Part shown: positions 14,763-24,086 of the stretch, piece after piece
Layout: every line of letters starts with the position of its first letter
How positions within the stretch are numbered: the first letter of the stretch is position 1
DNA from: an uncultured Gammaproteobacteria bacterium
GTDB lineage: Bacteria; Patescibacteriota; Microgenomatia; UBA12405
DNA: 41,130 nt
Direction of reading: 5' to 3'
Assembly: GCA_964408055.1 (NCBI GenBank)
Contig: CAYOXV010000003.1
Span: 1,437-42,566 of the forward strand
Program-made: the position numbers and the translations under genes
Notes under the pieces: model-generated
What the model was told of the DNA's origin: nothing
What the model saw: the letters and a program-made list of their open reading frames with translations, nothing else
Database searches by the model: none

Positions 14763-17704
14763 TTTTCTAACTCTACCCCCATTTTAATATCCTTATCTAA
14801 TTTTTGATTAAATAAAAGTTTCCCTCCTACTAAACTTGCTGACGGTTGTACTTGCATTGGTTGCCAATTATCTGGGAATGAAATTAAATTTACTAAACTA
14901 GTCTCTCCTGATCCTGGTTGTCTTTGAATATAATTTATATAAGAAAACTTATTTTTAGAAGCTAAATCAAGATTACTAGTATATCTAATCTCTACAATTC
15001 TCTTTTTCATCACTGGTACCGTCATTAAAAATCCAACTTCTTTTTTCCCATTAATTTCTCTAATTCTTAAATCACTATCTTTATAAACTTTTTTGACAGT
15101 GGTATCAACTCCATCCATCACTACTACTTGAGATAAATTAATATCAATAGGTAAATAAATTCTCACATAGTTTTTATAATCTCCACCTGGCCAATTTGTA
15201 TTTTTAGCCGTATTCTCATAAGTTATTTTAACTATTCGAGACAAAGAAGCATTTGTAATATCTACTGTTTGCTCCATATTTCTATATAAAAAGTAGTTAG
15301 CTTTATTAACCCCTAAATTAGATTCCACTACATATAAATAATCCATCACACAATTCTCTGTTCCACAACTTCCTTTATATATTTCCCCACTCCAACCTAA
15401 ACCAGTCATTTTTTTAGCTATTTCCTGATTATTAAAAGCTAATTGAATTTCATTTTTTTCCAATAAATCTACTACCTTACTCATCATCTCTATCTTTTTA
15501 ATCATCCCCAACCCCTTTATTTCTTCAAACATTTGTTTTCCTAATCCCCCTAAAAAACTAGCCTTTTGATTAGAACCTGGAAAAAATTTCTTTTCTGCAT
15601 AAAATTCTGCCTGTTCATAAAGATTATCTTTATTTATTTTTTCATCAAAATCAGGCACATAAACCTCACCTATCACTTCTAAGATAGACCTAGCTACTGT
15701 TAAATCTATTCCAATAACTCCATTTACCCCAACATTAGTTTCCTTTTTCAAAAACCACTGAATATCTATTGCTGTTTCTGTAAAATCAGCCTTCCAATTA
15801 GCATCTCTCATATACCAATTAGCTTCTCCTAAATGATTTTTTATTTCTATCGGTGGTTCCACATGACCATCTAGTTGACCATCGGCCTCATAAATATCTT
15901 TTATTTCCAAATCTATTAATTTACCTTTATTAAAATTCAATAGTCCATAACTACCAATAAACCCCCCTGTAGCTCTTAACTCAGACTCATTTTGAAATAA
16001 AACTAAATATTTTCTTTCATTACCATCGAGTCCTAAAAATTCTGGCAATACTTCAATTGTTTCAATCCCTAGTCCTACCTGTTTTTTAATCTCACCTAAA
16101 TTTTCTGTTTGTTTTTGAGCCTCCATCTTCCATTTACTTGGTAGCCAATTTAAATCCCCTGCTAGTCTTGCCTGTAATACTCCTAATTTATTGTCTAAAT
16201 TTAATAAGCCTGATTTCATTAATTTTAAATTTGCCTCCCAATCAATTTCTTTATCTTGGAATATCCCACTCATGACTAAGTCAGCTGATTTTACTAAACT
16301 AATTGATTCCTTTTCAATTTCCAATAAATCAGCCATCACTTTTAATGAATTTTGATAATTTCTAAACCAAGCCAGATTATTTAATCCCCAATCGTTTATT
16401 CGCTCATCCATCTCCGTTACCTTAATTAAATCTCTAGCCACCATTTCACTTGCCTTGGCATATTTTTTAGTCTTTATTAGCTCTGGTACATTTTTAATGT
16501 TTTTAATTGTCAAATAAGTATTTAATCCCCAATCTATGGGTATTATTAAAAACAAAAGTAACCCCAAACCCAATATCAATAACCACACCCAATTTTTCTT
16601 TTTTTCTTCTTTTTTAGGTTCATCTTTTATCAAATTTTTTACTTCAACTTTTTTCCCATTACTCTCTCCCATTTTCTTCCACCCATCAGTTTCAAAACTA
16701 GCCAAAGATGGAACTTTGTCTTTATTTAATTCAAACTTAGTTATCTCCCAAAAATCTTCACTTTCTTCTTCAATTGATTCTTCTTGATCTTCTTCATTTT
16801 TAATCTCTTCTTTTTTTATTTCTTTTATCTCTTCATCTTTTTCCATTAAACTATTTATTTCATCCTCAACTACTACTTCCATTTTCAGGGAAGACGCTTC
16901 TTCTGTTTTTAAAACAAAACCATTTTGTTTTGTTTTTCTCTTTTTTCTATTTTCATCATCCATTCTAGAAAAAAAATATTGTAAGGTTTCTTCTATCCCA
17001 TCTTCAAAATTAATCTTAGGTGACCATCTTAATTTTTTTTCTGATTCACCTGCCCTATTATCTTCATCCTCAAATACTTCTATTTCTTTTTGAAATACTT
17101 TCAATTTAGTCATCTTTGCCTTATCAATTAAAATTCTTGCCAAGTCCTCAGAATTAATTTTCTTTCCTAATATCAAAAAATTCTCTTTTTCAGTATTAGA
17201 CAAAAAAATTGCTCTTAAAATTGCATCTACTAAATCCGTTACTTCTAATAAATTTAATTTTTGTTCCGATAATGGTATTTCTAAGTTTTTATTTTTTACT
17301 GCCAGTTTTAATATATCTGTTAAAAAATTTTCCGTCTCCATTCCACTTCCATAAACTCCCCTAGCCTCTATCAATCTCCAATTCAAATCTAAACCAACTA
17401 AATTAAACTTTAATTTTTCTGCTAATTCTTTGTCATCAATAGTTATAAAACTTATCTTTTCTCCCTTTATTTTATTTTCCTTCCAAATTGACAAGTCTCC
17501 TCTAAAATCAAAAACATAACTAAAGTTTCCCTCCACCTCATTTATATCCGATATCCAAGAAAAATTATTTAAATTCCCCAAATCACTTACAAAGTCTCCT
17601 ACTCCCGTTACACTAATGTCTTTATTTACCAGTTCTTCGGCCAATTTTACCGCTACAAAATTATCTATCCCAATTATTAAAGCTGAGGGTTGTAGCGAAT
17701 CCAT
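14759..17704 (-). CDS. Degenerate NAD-epimerase-like domain + TM helix + DUF4012 extracytoplasmic domain
   Basis: The 981-aa ORF has an N-terminal ~250 aa that resembles SDR epimerases but has lost GxxGxxG (ALIIGIDNFVAVKLAEEL); the epimerase-like C-terminal end is RWSPKINFEDGIEETLQYF. An acidic/basic linker and the TM helix WVWLLILGLGLLLFLIIPI follow. The long C-terminal domain contains ELRATGGFIGSYG, typical of DUF4012. Confidence 0.6.
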   Translation of the reverse strand: MDSLQPSALIIGIDNFVAVKLAEELVNKDISVTGVGDFVSDLGNLNNFSWISDINEVEGNFSYVFDFRGDLSIWKENKIKGEKISFITIDDKELAEKLKFNLVGLDLNWRLIEARGVYGSGMETENFLTDILKLAVKNKNLEIPLSEQKLNLLEVTDLVDAILRAIFLSNTEKENFLILGKKINSEDLARILIDKAKMTKLKVFQKEIEVFEDEDNRAGESEKKLRWSPKINFEDGIEETLQYFFSRMDDENRKKRKTKQNGFVLKTEEASSLKMEVVVEDEINSLMEKDEEIKEIKKEEIKNEEDQEESIEEESEDFWEITKFELNKDKVPSLASFETDGWKKMGESNGKKVEVKNLIKDEPKKEEKKKNWVWLLILGLGLLLFLIIPIDWGLNTYLTIKNIKNVPELIKTKKYAKASEMVARDLIKVTEMDERINDWGLNNLAWFRNYQNSLKVMADLLEIEKESISLVKSADLVMSGIFQDKEIDWEANLKLMKSGLLNLDNKLGVLQARLAGDLNWLPSKWKMEAQKQTENLGEIKKQVGLGIETIEVLPEFLGLDGNERKYLVLFQNESELRATGGFIGSYGLLNFNKGKLIDLEIKDIYEADGQLDGHVEPPIEIKNHLGEANWYMRDANWKADFTETAIDIQWFLKKETNVGVNGVIGIDLTVARSILEVIGEVYVPDFDEKINKDNLYEQAEFYAEKKFFPGSNQKASFLGGLGKQMFEEIKGLGMIKKIEMMSKVVDLLEKNEIQLAFNNQEIAKKMTGLGWSGEIYKGSCGTENCVMDYLYVVESNLGVNKANYFLYRNMEQTVDITNASLSRIVKITYENTAKNTNWPGGDYKNYVRIYLPIDINLSQVVVMDGVDTTVKKVYKDSDLRIREINGKKEVGFLMTVPVMKKRIVEIRYTSNLDLASKNKFSYINYIQRQPGSGETSLVNLISFPDNWQPMQVQPSASLVGGKLLFNQKLDKDIKMGVELEK

Positions 17705-17710
17705 ATTTCA

Positions 17711-17716
17711 ATTTTA
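17711..17716 (-). promoter_or_regulatory. -10 box (TAAAAT) 6 nt upstream of the ATG of the DUF4012 gene
   Basis: The minus strand reads TAAAAT-TGAAAT-ATG. Confidence 0.45.
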
Positions 17717-18032
17717 AACTAAATTTCAAGCAATTATTTAAAAGATTAGTCTTTACGGTATATTTTCGGTTAATTTGCGGAGAATTTTGAAGTAATAAGT
17801 TCCAACTCTATCAAAGTGTTCAGATGAAACGTGAAAAATTGTCATAACGGTGATTAGGGAAAATATTCTTATTTCTTTTAAAGAAAGTACTTATTTTATT
17901 TATTTGAAACTAAAGTTTAGGTAGGGAACGGAGAGGAATTTAATTTAAAAAATGTTCGGACAAGCTTCCATTGACCTAAAAATACTTAAGTATTTTTGTA
18001 CTTATTTTAAACAGGGGAATATATCAAAAAAA

Positions 18033-19250
18033 TTATCTCGTACTTTTCCTTAGGTTTATTATCATCAATCCAGCTGCTATAGATTCTGTTGCCACTGTTA
18101 CCCAAGCCGCTCCTACTATTCCAAACCTTGGGATGGCTATTAGATTACCAACTATGTTTACTGTCAAAGACACTAACCCTATTATTAAAATCTGTTTTTG
18201 ACCACCTCTAGCAATTACTGTAAAACCAACCAAATGACTAATATAAGCAAACACCATCGCTACCAATAAAATTCGCAAAATTAAAACTGATTCTCCAAAT
18301 TCATTCCCTGCTAAAATTCTAATTATCCAAGGTGATAAAAAATATATTGTTGGTGCTACTACTAATATTCCCAATAGCATTAAACCAGTTGATTTCCAAA
18401 ATAAACTTTTTTTATTTGTTTCTTTTATCGACATCATCGGGAAAATACTATTCACAAAAAAGTAAGCTGGTTGAATTAAGTTGCCATAAATTTTATAAGC
18501 CAATCCATAAAATGCCAACTTTTCTGACCCTATAAATTGTTTAATCAAGATTGAATCAACTGCTCGATCATATCCTGAAAACAAAATCATATATATTCCC
18601 ATTGGCCAAGCTTCTTTTATAAATGATTTTAAAAAAGCCTTATCCCATTTTTTAAACTTAATTTTGCCAATTATTTTTTTAATCAAATTCCAACCTAATC
18701 CTAAACTTAAAATCCTTGCTCCTAAGTAAACTCCAAACACCCAAATTAAATTTATTGTCCCAGGCCAAATTAAAAGCATAATTACAAAGGTTAATGGAAA
18801 TAAAATGTCCATCCATACTTTTAAATCCATTCTCATTTCCGTCTGAAAAATTATTTCCAAACTTCCTGCCATCGCCGTAAAACTAATCATTGATAATGCT
18901 ATTAATGCTTCCCATTGAACTGTTCTTAATCCCGACCAAAAAATTATCAACCCTAAACCTCCTAAGAAGGCTAATAGGGAAGCTATTAGTCTAACCCAAG
19001 CTACTTGTATATAAATATTCTTTCTTTCTTCTCCTGACTCTCTTGATGCTTCTCTTACCCCAATTACCTTTGTCCCAAAATCCGCCAAGGAATCAAATAA
19101 TAAAAAAATTGAAACAATTAACATATAGTTTCCATAAACACTCACTCCTAATCTTCTAGTTAATATCCCTGTCGTTACCAAGCTCAACAATACTGTTACC
19201 ACCTTGCCTCCAACCTGTACCAAAGTATTTAAAATCGGCTTCTTCATCAT
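18033..19250 (-). CDS. Polysaccharide/oligosaccharide flippase (Wzx/MOP superfamily)
   Basis: The 405-aa ORF has about 12 TM helices. Its N-terminus, ILNTLVQVGGKVVTVLLSLVTTGILTRRLGVSVYG, is typical of polysaccharide-biosynthesis (Wzx-type) transporters. Confidence 0.6.
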   Translation of the reverse strand: MMKKPILNTLVQVGGKVVTVLLSLVTTGILTRRLGVSVYGNYMLIVSIFLLFDSLADFGTKVIGVREASRESGEERKNIYIQVAWVRLIASLLAFLGGLGLIIFWSGLRTVQWEALIALSMISFTAMAGSLEIIFQTEMRMDLKVWMDILFPLTFVIMLLIWPGTINLIWVFGVYLGARILSLGLGWNLIKKIIGKIKFKKWDKAFLKSFIKEAWPMGIYMILFSGYDRAVDSILIKQFIGSEKLAFYGLAYKIYGNLIQPAYFFVNSIFPMMSIKETNKKSLFWKSTGLMLLGILVVAPTIYFLSPWIIRILAGNEFGESVLILRILLVAMVFAYISHLVGFTVIARGGQKQILIIGLVSLTVNIVGNLIAIPRFGIVGAAWVTVATESIAAGLMIINLRKSTR

Positions 19251-19276
19251 GATTTATTCTACCTTGATTATTAAAT

Positions 19277-20530
19277 TTAAATTACCCCTATTACTAAAAC
19301 TAACAACCACATGTTCTGTGGTAGTGTTAGCCAATAATGGTCCATCATCCCACTTAAAACTATTACTCCAATAATTAATAAATCTTCCTTTGTCCATTTC
19401 TTAACTTTCCACCAACCAAATAATAACCAAGTTATTATTCCTAATCCTAATATTCCTATCTCCGAGATTAATAGTAATAAAATATTATGTACTGGTTGCA
19501 ACCAAAAAATCTGATTATTTTTTTGAAATTCTGGTAAGTTAATTAAGAAGTTTTTCATTCCTACTCCAAAAAGAGGGGATTCTTTAATCATATGTAAAGC
19601 AGCTAAATTTAATTGTCCTCGCTTCAATAGACCATTTTCATCCCATCCACTTAAAAATCCTCCAATTGGATAATTGAAATTAATTATTTTGAATACTAAA
19701 AATAATAAAATTAATATCAATATTCCACTCTTCCATCTATTTTTTATTTCTTTAAAACTCTTTCCCAAAAACCAAATTAAAACCACTAAAGTCATTGCCC
19801 AAATAGTTCTACTTCCAGTCAAAATTATCCCCACTAAACCCAACCAAGCCACCATCCACCAATAAATATTTTTTTTAATAATTTCTGTCTTTAATGGTTT
19901 AAATTTTATCCACCAAATCAAAGCTACTAATAAAAATCCAGCTAAACTATTAGGATGAGAAAAAGTTCCATAAGCTCTTATCAAACCACTTCCAGCCACT
20001 GACATCTGAGCTATCCCAATTGTATTAAAATCAAAACTTCTTTCCCCTAACCACCACCATATTCCGTTTAAACTTCCACCCTTAGAAATTTGTCCTATTG
20101 CCAAAATACTTTCCAAGATTATCCAAAGGGGTATAACTTTAATCAAAAGATCCTTAACTATTTTTTTATTTTTATTTAAAAACCAAATCATCCACCCCAT
20201 TTCAAATATTCTCAACCAACCCATTCCTGCCACCCATTTATTTGTTGCTAATAAAATATTTATTAAAACAAAAACCACTATCCCAATTCTTTTCAAGTTA
20301 AACCATTTTTTTACTTGATAAACTTTATTACTTGATAAACTTTCAACTATAAATAAACCCAACCAAATCAAATCAATCAAATATAAAGTAGGGGAAAGAT
20401 AGTCTATTTTAATTCCTAAAACCAAACTCCAATCAAACCAAAAATGTTTTCCCAATTGAGTTGGTATTAAAAGTAAAAATAAAAACAACAATATTTTAGA
20501 TAATTTCCCCAAATATCCTTTCACCACCAA
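19277..20530 (-). CDS. O-antigen ligase/polymerase-like (Wzy_C family) membrane protein; start codon uncertain (the track start is TTG)
   Basis: The 417-aa polytopic ORF contains RAYGTFSHPNSLAGFLLVAL, characteristic of the O-antigen ligase family. Confidence 0.55.
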   Translation of the reverse strand: MVVKGYLGKLSKILLFLFLLLIPTQLGKHFWFDWSLVLGIKIDYLSPTLYLIDLIWLGLFIVESLSSNKVYQVKKWFNLKRIGIVVFVLINILLATNKWVAGMGWLRIFEMGWMIWFLNKNKKIVKDLLIKVIPLWIILESILAIGQISKGGSLNGIWWWLGERSFDFNTIGIAQMSVAGSGLIRAYGTFSHPNSLAGFLLVALIWWIKFKPLKTEIIKKNIYWWMVAWLGLVGIILTGSRTIWAMTLVVLIWFLGKSFKEIKNRWKSGILILILLFLVFKIINFNYPIGGFLSGWDENGLLKRGQLNLAALHMIKESPLFGVGMKNFLINLPEFQKNNQIFWLQPVHNILLLLISEIGILGLGIITWLLFGWWKVKKWTKEDLLIIGVIVLSGMMDHYWLTLPQNMWLLVLVIGVI

Positions 20531-20571
20531 ATCTTACCACAAACCTAATTTTAAACTTTAAAAATTAAATG

Positions 20572-21042
20572 TTAAGCCTTAATTTTTATTACTACATGTC
20601 TTTCTTCACCTTCACCTTCAGATTCACTTATTACTTGTTCATTCTCAGCTATCATCATATGACAAAGTCTTCTCTCATAAGAACTCATATTAGCCAAAGA
20701 TACTGAATTTCCAGTCTTAATCACTTTTTCAATTAAATTAGCCACCATTCCTTTAAGTCTGTCTTTTTGTTCATTTCGATAATTATTTACATCCAATAAT
20801 ACTCTTACATTTTCATCTATTTGAGTTCTTACCATTAAAGATAATACAAATTGAATTGACACTAAATTTCTACCTCTAAAACCAATTAAACTAGCTGGAT
20901 TTTTAACCACTATTCCTACTAATACTTGGTTTTCCTCTTCTTCCATGTCTTCCACAAAAGCTTTTTCTACTTCAAAATTCATTTTAGCCAACAACTCGCA
21001 AGTCAAATTCAAAATATTTTCATTTCTTTTTTTATTATTCAT
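20572..21042 (-). CDS. jag: Jag/KhpB-like RNA-binding protein (KH + R3H domains)
   Basis: The 156-aa ORF has a KH-like segment (LIGFRGRNLVSIQFVL) and an R3H segment (ERRLCHMMIAEN...SESEGEGEERHVVI). It holds the conserved position after yidC. Confidence 0.8.
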   Translation of the reverse strand: MNNKKRNENILNLTCELLAKMNFEVEKAFVEDMEEEENQVLVGIVVKNPASLIGFRGRNLVSIQFVLSLMVRTQIDENVRVLLDVNNYRNEQKDRLKGMVANLIEKVIKTGNSVSLANMSSYERRLCHMMIAENEQVISESEGEGEERHVVIKIKA

Positions 21043-21049
21043 AGTCGCT

Positions 21050-21058
21050 ATTTTAGCA
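21050..21058 (-). promoter_or_regulatory. Extended -10 box (TGcTAAAAT) 7 nt upstream of the jag ATG
   Basis: The minus strand reads TGCTAAAAT-AGCGACT-ATG. Confidence 0.45.
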
Positions 21059-21086
21059 TAAAGTTCACCAATTAAACGTTCAATCC

Positions 21087-21872
21087 TTATTTCTTATTTA
21101 CTTTATTTACCACTAATTGTTGAGCAATCATTAAAGCTGAAGTTGTAAACCAATAGAGGAGTAACCCTAGTGAAAAATTCCAACCAATAAAAATTGTCAT
21201 AAATGGCATTAAATACATTGATTGAGTTCTCATTGCTCCCATCATGTCATCTTCTTTATCTTTAGTTGATTTAACTACCACTTGATCAGCTTTAGGATTT
21301 GGCATCATCAACTTAGCACTAAAAAATTGCAAAACTCCTGATCCTAATAATAGAAATACTGGTAAAATCCAATTTAGACTAGCTCCTTGAGAAAAAAGAT
21401 TAGCTGGAGTTAAAGCTAAGTCTCCACCTAAAAAACTTAAATCAAATTTAAAACTTTCATCTACTCTAAAACTGCTTATCAAATTAGTATTAATCTTTCC
21501 CATATCTCCCTTACCTTGAGCAAACATAGTCACCATATTAAAAGCTGAAAAGAAAATTAACAACACTGCTATTTGCAATATTTGAGGTAAACAACCAGAA
21601 AGGGGATTTACTCCTTCTTGTTTATATAGTTCCATTTGAGCTTTAGCCATTGCCTGTTTATCACTGCCATATTTTTCCTTAAGTTTTTTTAATTTTGGTT
21701 GCAATTCTCTAATTTTTGAAGCTGATTTTAAACTTGGCCAAACCAAAGGTAACAAAACTAATCTAATTAAAATTGTCACCACAATGATGGCAATTCCAAA
21801 ATTACCAAACAAATAGTAGAAACCAAATAAGGCGTTAATAAATGGGGCAATAAATAAATTCATATTGATCAT
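21087..21872 (-). CDS. yidC: Membrane protein insertase YidC (short, monoderm type)
   Basis: Matching segments are LPLVWPSLKSASKIRELQPKLKKLKEKYG, NPLSGCLPQILQIAVLLIFF and PFMTIFIGWNFSLGLLLYWFTTSALMIAQQ. I place the start at ATG 21872, which forms an ATGA overlap with the yidD stop. The track start at 21911 would overlap yidD by 43 nt. Confidence 0.9.
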   Translation of the reverse strand: MINMNLFIAPFINALFGFYYLFGNFGIAIIVVTILIRLVLLPLVWPSLKSASKIRELQPKLKKLKEKYGSDKQAMAKAQMELYKQEGVNPLSGCLPQILQIAVLLIFFSAFNMVTMFAQGKGDMGKINTNLISSFRVDESFKFDLSFLGGDLALTPANLFSQGASLNWILPVFLLLGSGVLQFFSAKLMMPNPKADQVVVKSTKDKEDDMMGAMRTQSMYLMPFMTIFIGWNFSLGLLLYWFTTSALMIAQQLVVNKVNKK

Positions 21873-22072
21873 TTTAACAAATCTATTCCCTTTCCACCAC
21901 CTGGGTGACATCTTAAAACCCTCTTAAAACCTAAAAATAATCCCTTAATTACTCCATATTTTTCTACTGCTTCATAGGTATATTCCGAACAAGTTGGTAC
22001 AAACCGGCAATGTTCACCTTTAGAAATATATTTTTTATAAAACACCAATATTTTTAAAACTATTTTTTTCAT
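21869..22072 (-). CDS. yidD: Membrane protein insertion efficiency factor YidD
   Basis: The 67-aa ORF contains CRFVPTCSEYTYEAVEKYGVIKG. An ATGA overlap links it to the rnpA stop. Confidence 0.9.
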   Translation of the reverse strand: MKKIVLKILVFYKKYISKGEHCRFVPTCSEYTYEAVEKYGVIKGLFLGFKRVLRCHPGGGKGIDLLK

Positions 22073-22395
22073 TTTTTAAAAACCTTTTCCACTTCCACTA
22101 CAACCTCTTCTAATTTTTTATTTAATATTTCTCTTTTAACTAAAAAAACTCCTCTCGTTCCTTCTTCTATATTTTCCAAACTTTTTCTCACTCCTTCACT
22201 TAAATACCTTTTTATCTTATTTCTATCTACTGCCCTTTTAGAAATCTTTTTGGAAATTATAAACCCAAACTTTTTCTCTTTATCTTCCTTTTTTAAAGTT
22301 AACAATCCAAAAATAGGGGAGTAAATCATTTTTCCCTTATTTTTAATTTCTAGAAAATCTTTTTTATTCCCAATTCTATTTATTTTTTTCAACAC
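22069..22395 (-). CDS. rnpA: RNase P protein component
   Basis: The 108-aa basic protein reads KKINRIGNKKDFLEIKNKGK...ISKRAVDRNKIKRYL. It has a GTG start and holds the conserved position between rpmH and yidD. Confidence 0.85.
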   Translation of the reverse strand: MLKKINRIGNKKDFLEIKNKGKMIYSPIFGLLTLKKEDKEKKFGFIISKKISKRAVDRNKIKRYLSEGVRKSLENIEEGTRGVFLVKREILNKKLEEVVVEVEKVFKK

Positions 22396-22408
22396 AATCT
22401 ATTGTACC

Positions 22409-22546
22409 TTAGGTAGTTAATTTCTTTCTACCCTTGGCTCGACGTCTTTTAATCACATTTCTACCTTTAGCACTAAACATTCTCTTTAAAAAACCATGAA
22501 CTCTTTTGTGTCTTTTTGGATTTGGTTGGTATGTTTGTTTTCCCAT
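22409..22546 (-). CDS. rpmH: 50S ribosomal protein L34
   Basis: Not in the ORF track because it is too short. The reverse complement reads [45 protein letters not shown] (45 aa), the canonical L34 sequence pattern and position. Confidence 0.95.
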   Translation of the reverse strand: MGKQTYQPNPKRHKRVHGFLKRMFSAKGRNVIKRRRAKGRKKLTT

Positions 22547-22553
22547 AGCTGGA

Positions 22554-22562
22554 ATTTTACCA
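22554..22562 (-). promoter_or_regulatory. Extended -10 box (TGgTAAAAT) 7 nt upstream of the rpmH ATG
   Basis: The minus strand reads TGGTAAAAT-TCCAGCT-ATG. Confidence 0.5.
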
Positions 22563-22640
22563 TAAAAACAATCTATTTTATTAATTAATAATAAATTTTA
22601 AAAACTAATAAATTTAAACTCGTTTTGACCTCTTTCATTT

Positions 22641-22673
22641 TGTGGAAAACTCATCTATTATTAGTGTGGATAA
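22641..22673. promoter_or_regulatory. Two DnaA boxes in the rpmH-dnaA spacer
   Basis: TGTGGAAAA (22641-22649) is the reverse complement of TTTTCCACA. TGTGGATAA (22665-22673) is the reverse complement of the perfect consensus TTATCCACA. Confidence 0.75.
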
Positions 22674-22742
22674 ATCAAATCAACCCCCGACATTGACTTC
22701 CAATTTCTGCCTAAAATTAGTTATTTTTAGAATTTTAATCTT

Positions 22743-24086
22743 ATGGATATTAATCAAATTTGGAAAAATACACAAGAGGAACTTAAAATAGTTCTCGCTC
22801 CTGCTGTCTTCCAAACTTTTGTTAGTAAAACCCAACTTATTAGCCTTCAAAACAACAAAGCCACTCTTTCTTGTCCTAATTCCTATTTAGTTGATATTAA
22901 CCACAAACGCTATTATGAAATTTTTAAAGGAGCCCTTGATAATCAAACTAAAACCGATAATAATCTAAACTTTATTGTTCAAGAAAACTTAGAACCAGAA
23001 AACTCCAACCCCACTAATCACCCCGCTCCTTTATTTGAATTTGCCGCTAAACCACATCAAGTCAATAATTCACTTCATCCTAAATACACTTTTAATACTC
23101 TTATTGTTGGCAATAGTAATAATTTTGCCTATGCCGCTGCTCAAGGAATTGTTAAAAACCCAGGTCTTTCTTATAACCCATTTTTCATTTGGGGTGGGGT
23201 TGGGGTTGGGAAAACTCATCTTATGCAAGCCATTGGTCATGAACTCCTTAAAAAGAACCCTGACTTAAAAATAAAATATTTTTCTGCTGAAACCTTTGGT
23301 AATGAACTTGTTAACTCACTTAAAACTAAAAATATGAATCAATTTAAAGAAAGATATCGTAGTCTAGATTGTATTCTAGTCGATGACATTCAATTTATTG
23401 CTGGTAAAGAATACACTCAAGAAGAATTTTTTCACACCTTCAACACTCTCCATATGAATGGTAAACAAGTTATTTTGACTTCCGATCGTAAACCTAGTGA
23501 GATTGACCATCTTGAAGATCGTCTTGTTTCTCGTTTTATGGGTGGTTTAACAGTTGACATCCAACTTCCAGACTATGAAATGCGAGTCGCTATTATTAAA
23601 CAAAAATTTAATGAAAAGGGGATTAAGGCCACCTCCGAAGCTCTTGATTATTTAGCCAACAATATTGAGTCAAATATTCGAGAAATTGAAGGTAAAATTC
23701 AACAAATTTGTATTCAATCAATTGCTAGTGGGGGAGGAGAAATAGATCTTTCTTTTGTCAAACGTTTTAATAATCCAAATGAACCATCTAGTGATACCCC
23801 AATTAAAATTCAACCTCGTCACATAATTTCTGTTTGTGCTAAACATTTCAATATTAAAACCAGTGATCTTTGTGGTAAAAGTCGTAAAAAAGAATTGGTT
23901 TTTACTCGTCATATTACCGCTTATCTTTTATTAACCGAAGGAAATCTTCCTTTAGAAGAAGTTGGACACCTTTTAGGAGGTCGTGATCATACTAGTATTA
24001 TGCATGCTCGAGACAAAATAAATCAAAGCTTTTCCACTAATCCACAAACTCGTCAACTTATCAACCAAATAAAGGCTAGTTTTTAA
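22743..24086 (+). CDS. dnaA: Chromosomal replication initiator DnaA
   Basis: It has Walker A GGVGVGKTHLMQAIG, Walker B ILVDDIQF, sensor motifs (LTSDRKPSEI, RLVSRFMGGL) and domain IV (RHITAYLL...GGRDHTSIMHA). Confidence 0.97.
   Translation: MDINQIWKNTQEELKIVLAPAVFQTFVSKTQLISLQNNKATLSCPNSYLVDINHKRYYEIFKGALDNQTKTDNNLNFIVQENLEPENSNPTNHPAPLFEFAAKPHQVNNSLHPKYTFNTLIVGNSNNFAYAAAQGIVKNPGLSYNPFFIWGGVGVGKTHLMQAIGHELLKKNPDLKIKYFSAETFGNELVNSLKTKNMNQFKERYRSLDCILVDDIQFIAGKEYTQEEFFHTFNTLHMNGKQVILTSDRKPSEIDHLEDRLVSRFMGGLTVDIQLPDYEMRVAIIKQKFNEKGIKATSEALDYLANNIESNIREIEGKIQQICIQSIASGGGEIDLSFVKRFNNPNEPSSDTPIKIQPRHIISVCAKHFNIKTSDLCGKSRKKELVFTRHITAYLLLTEGNLPLEEVGHLLGGRDHTSIMHARDKINQSFSTNPQTRQLINQIKASF

Noticed and set aside
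17753-17845. A 30-codon minus-strand ORF (MTIFHVSSEHFDRVGTYYFKILRKLTENIP) lies inside the long spacer.
   Set aside because: It is too short, has no promoter or start context and no recognisable motif. It is noted only as a possible gene remnant under the spacer finding.
17954-17963. The 10-mer TTCGGACAAG is shared with the left arm of the palindrome upstream of the Rrf2::desulfurase gene (37931-37940).
   Set aside because: Only a half-site is present here, with no matching GTCCGAA arm. A single post hoc 10-mer match is weak evidence for a second operator.
21873-21911. A 13-codon N-terminal extension of yidC (MSPRWWKGNRFVK) is implied by the ORF track.
   Set aside because: It would overlap yidD by 43 nt. 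The ATG at 21872 gives a classic ATGA stop/start overlap and a normal YidC N-terminus.
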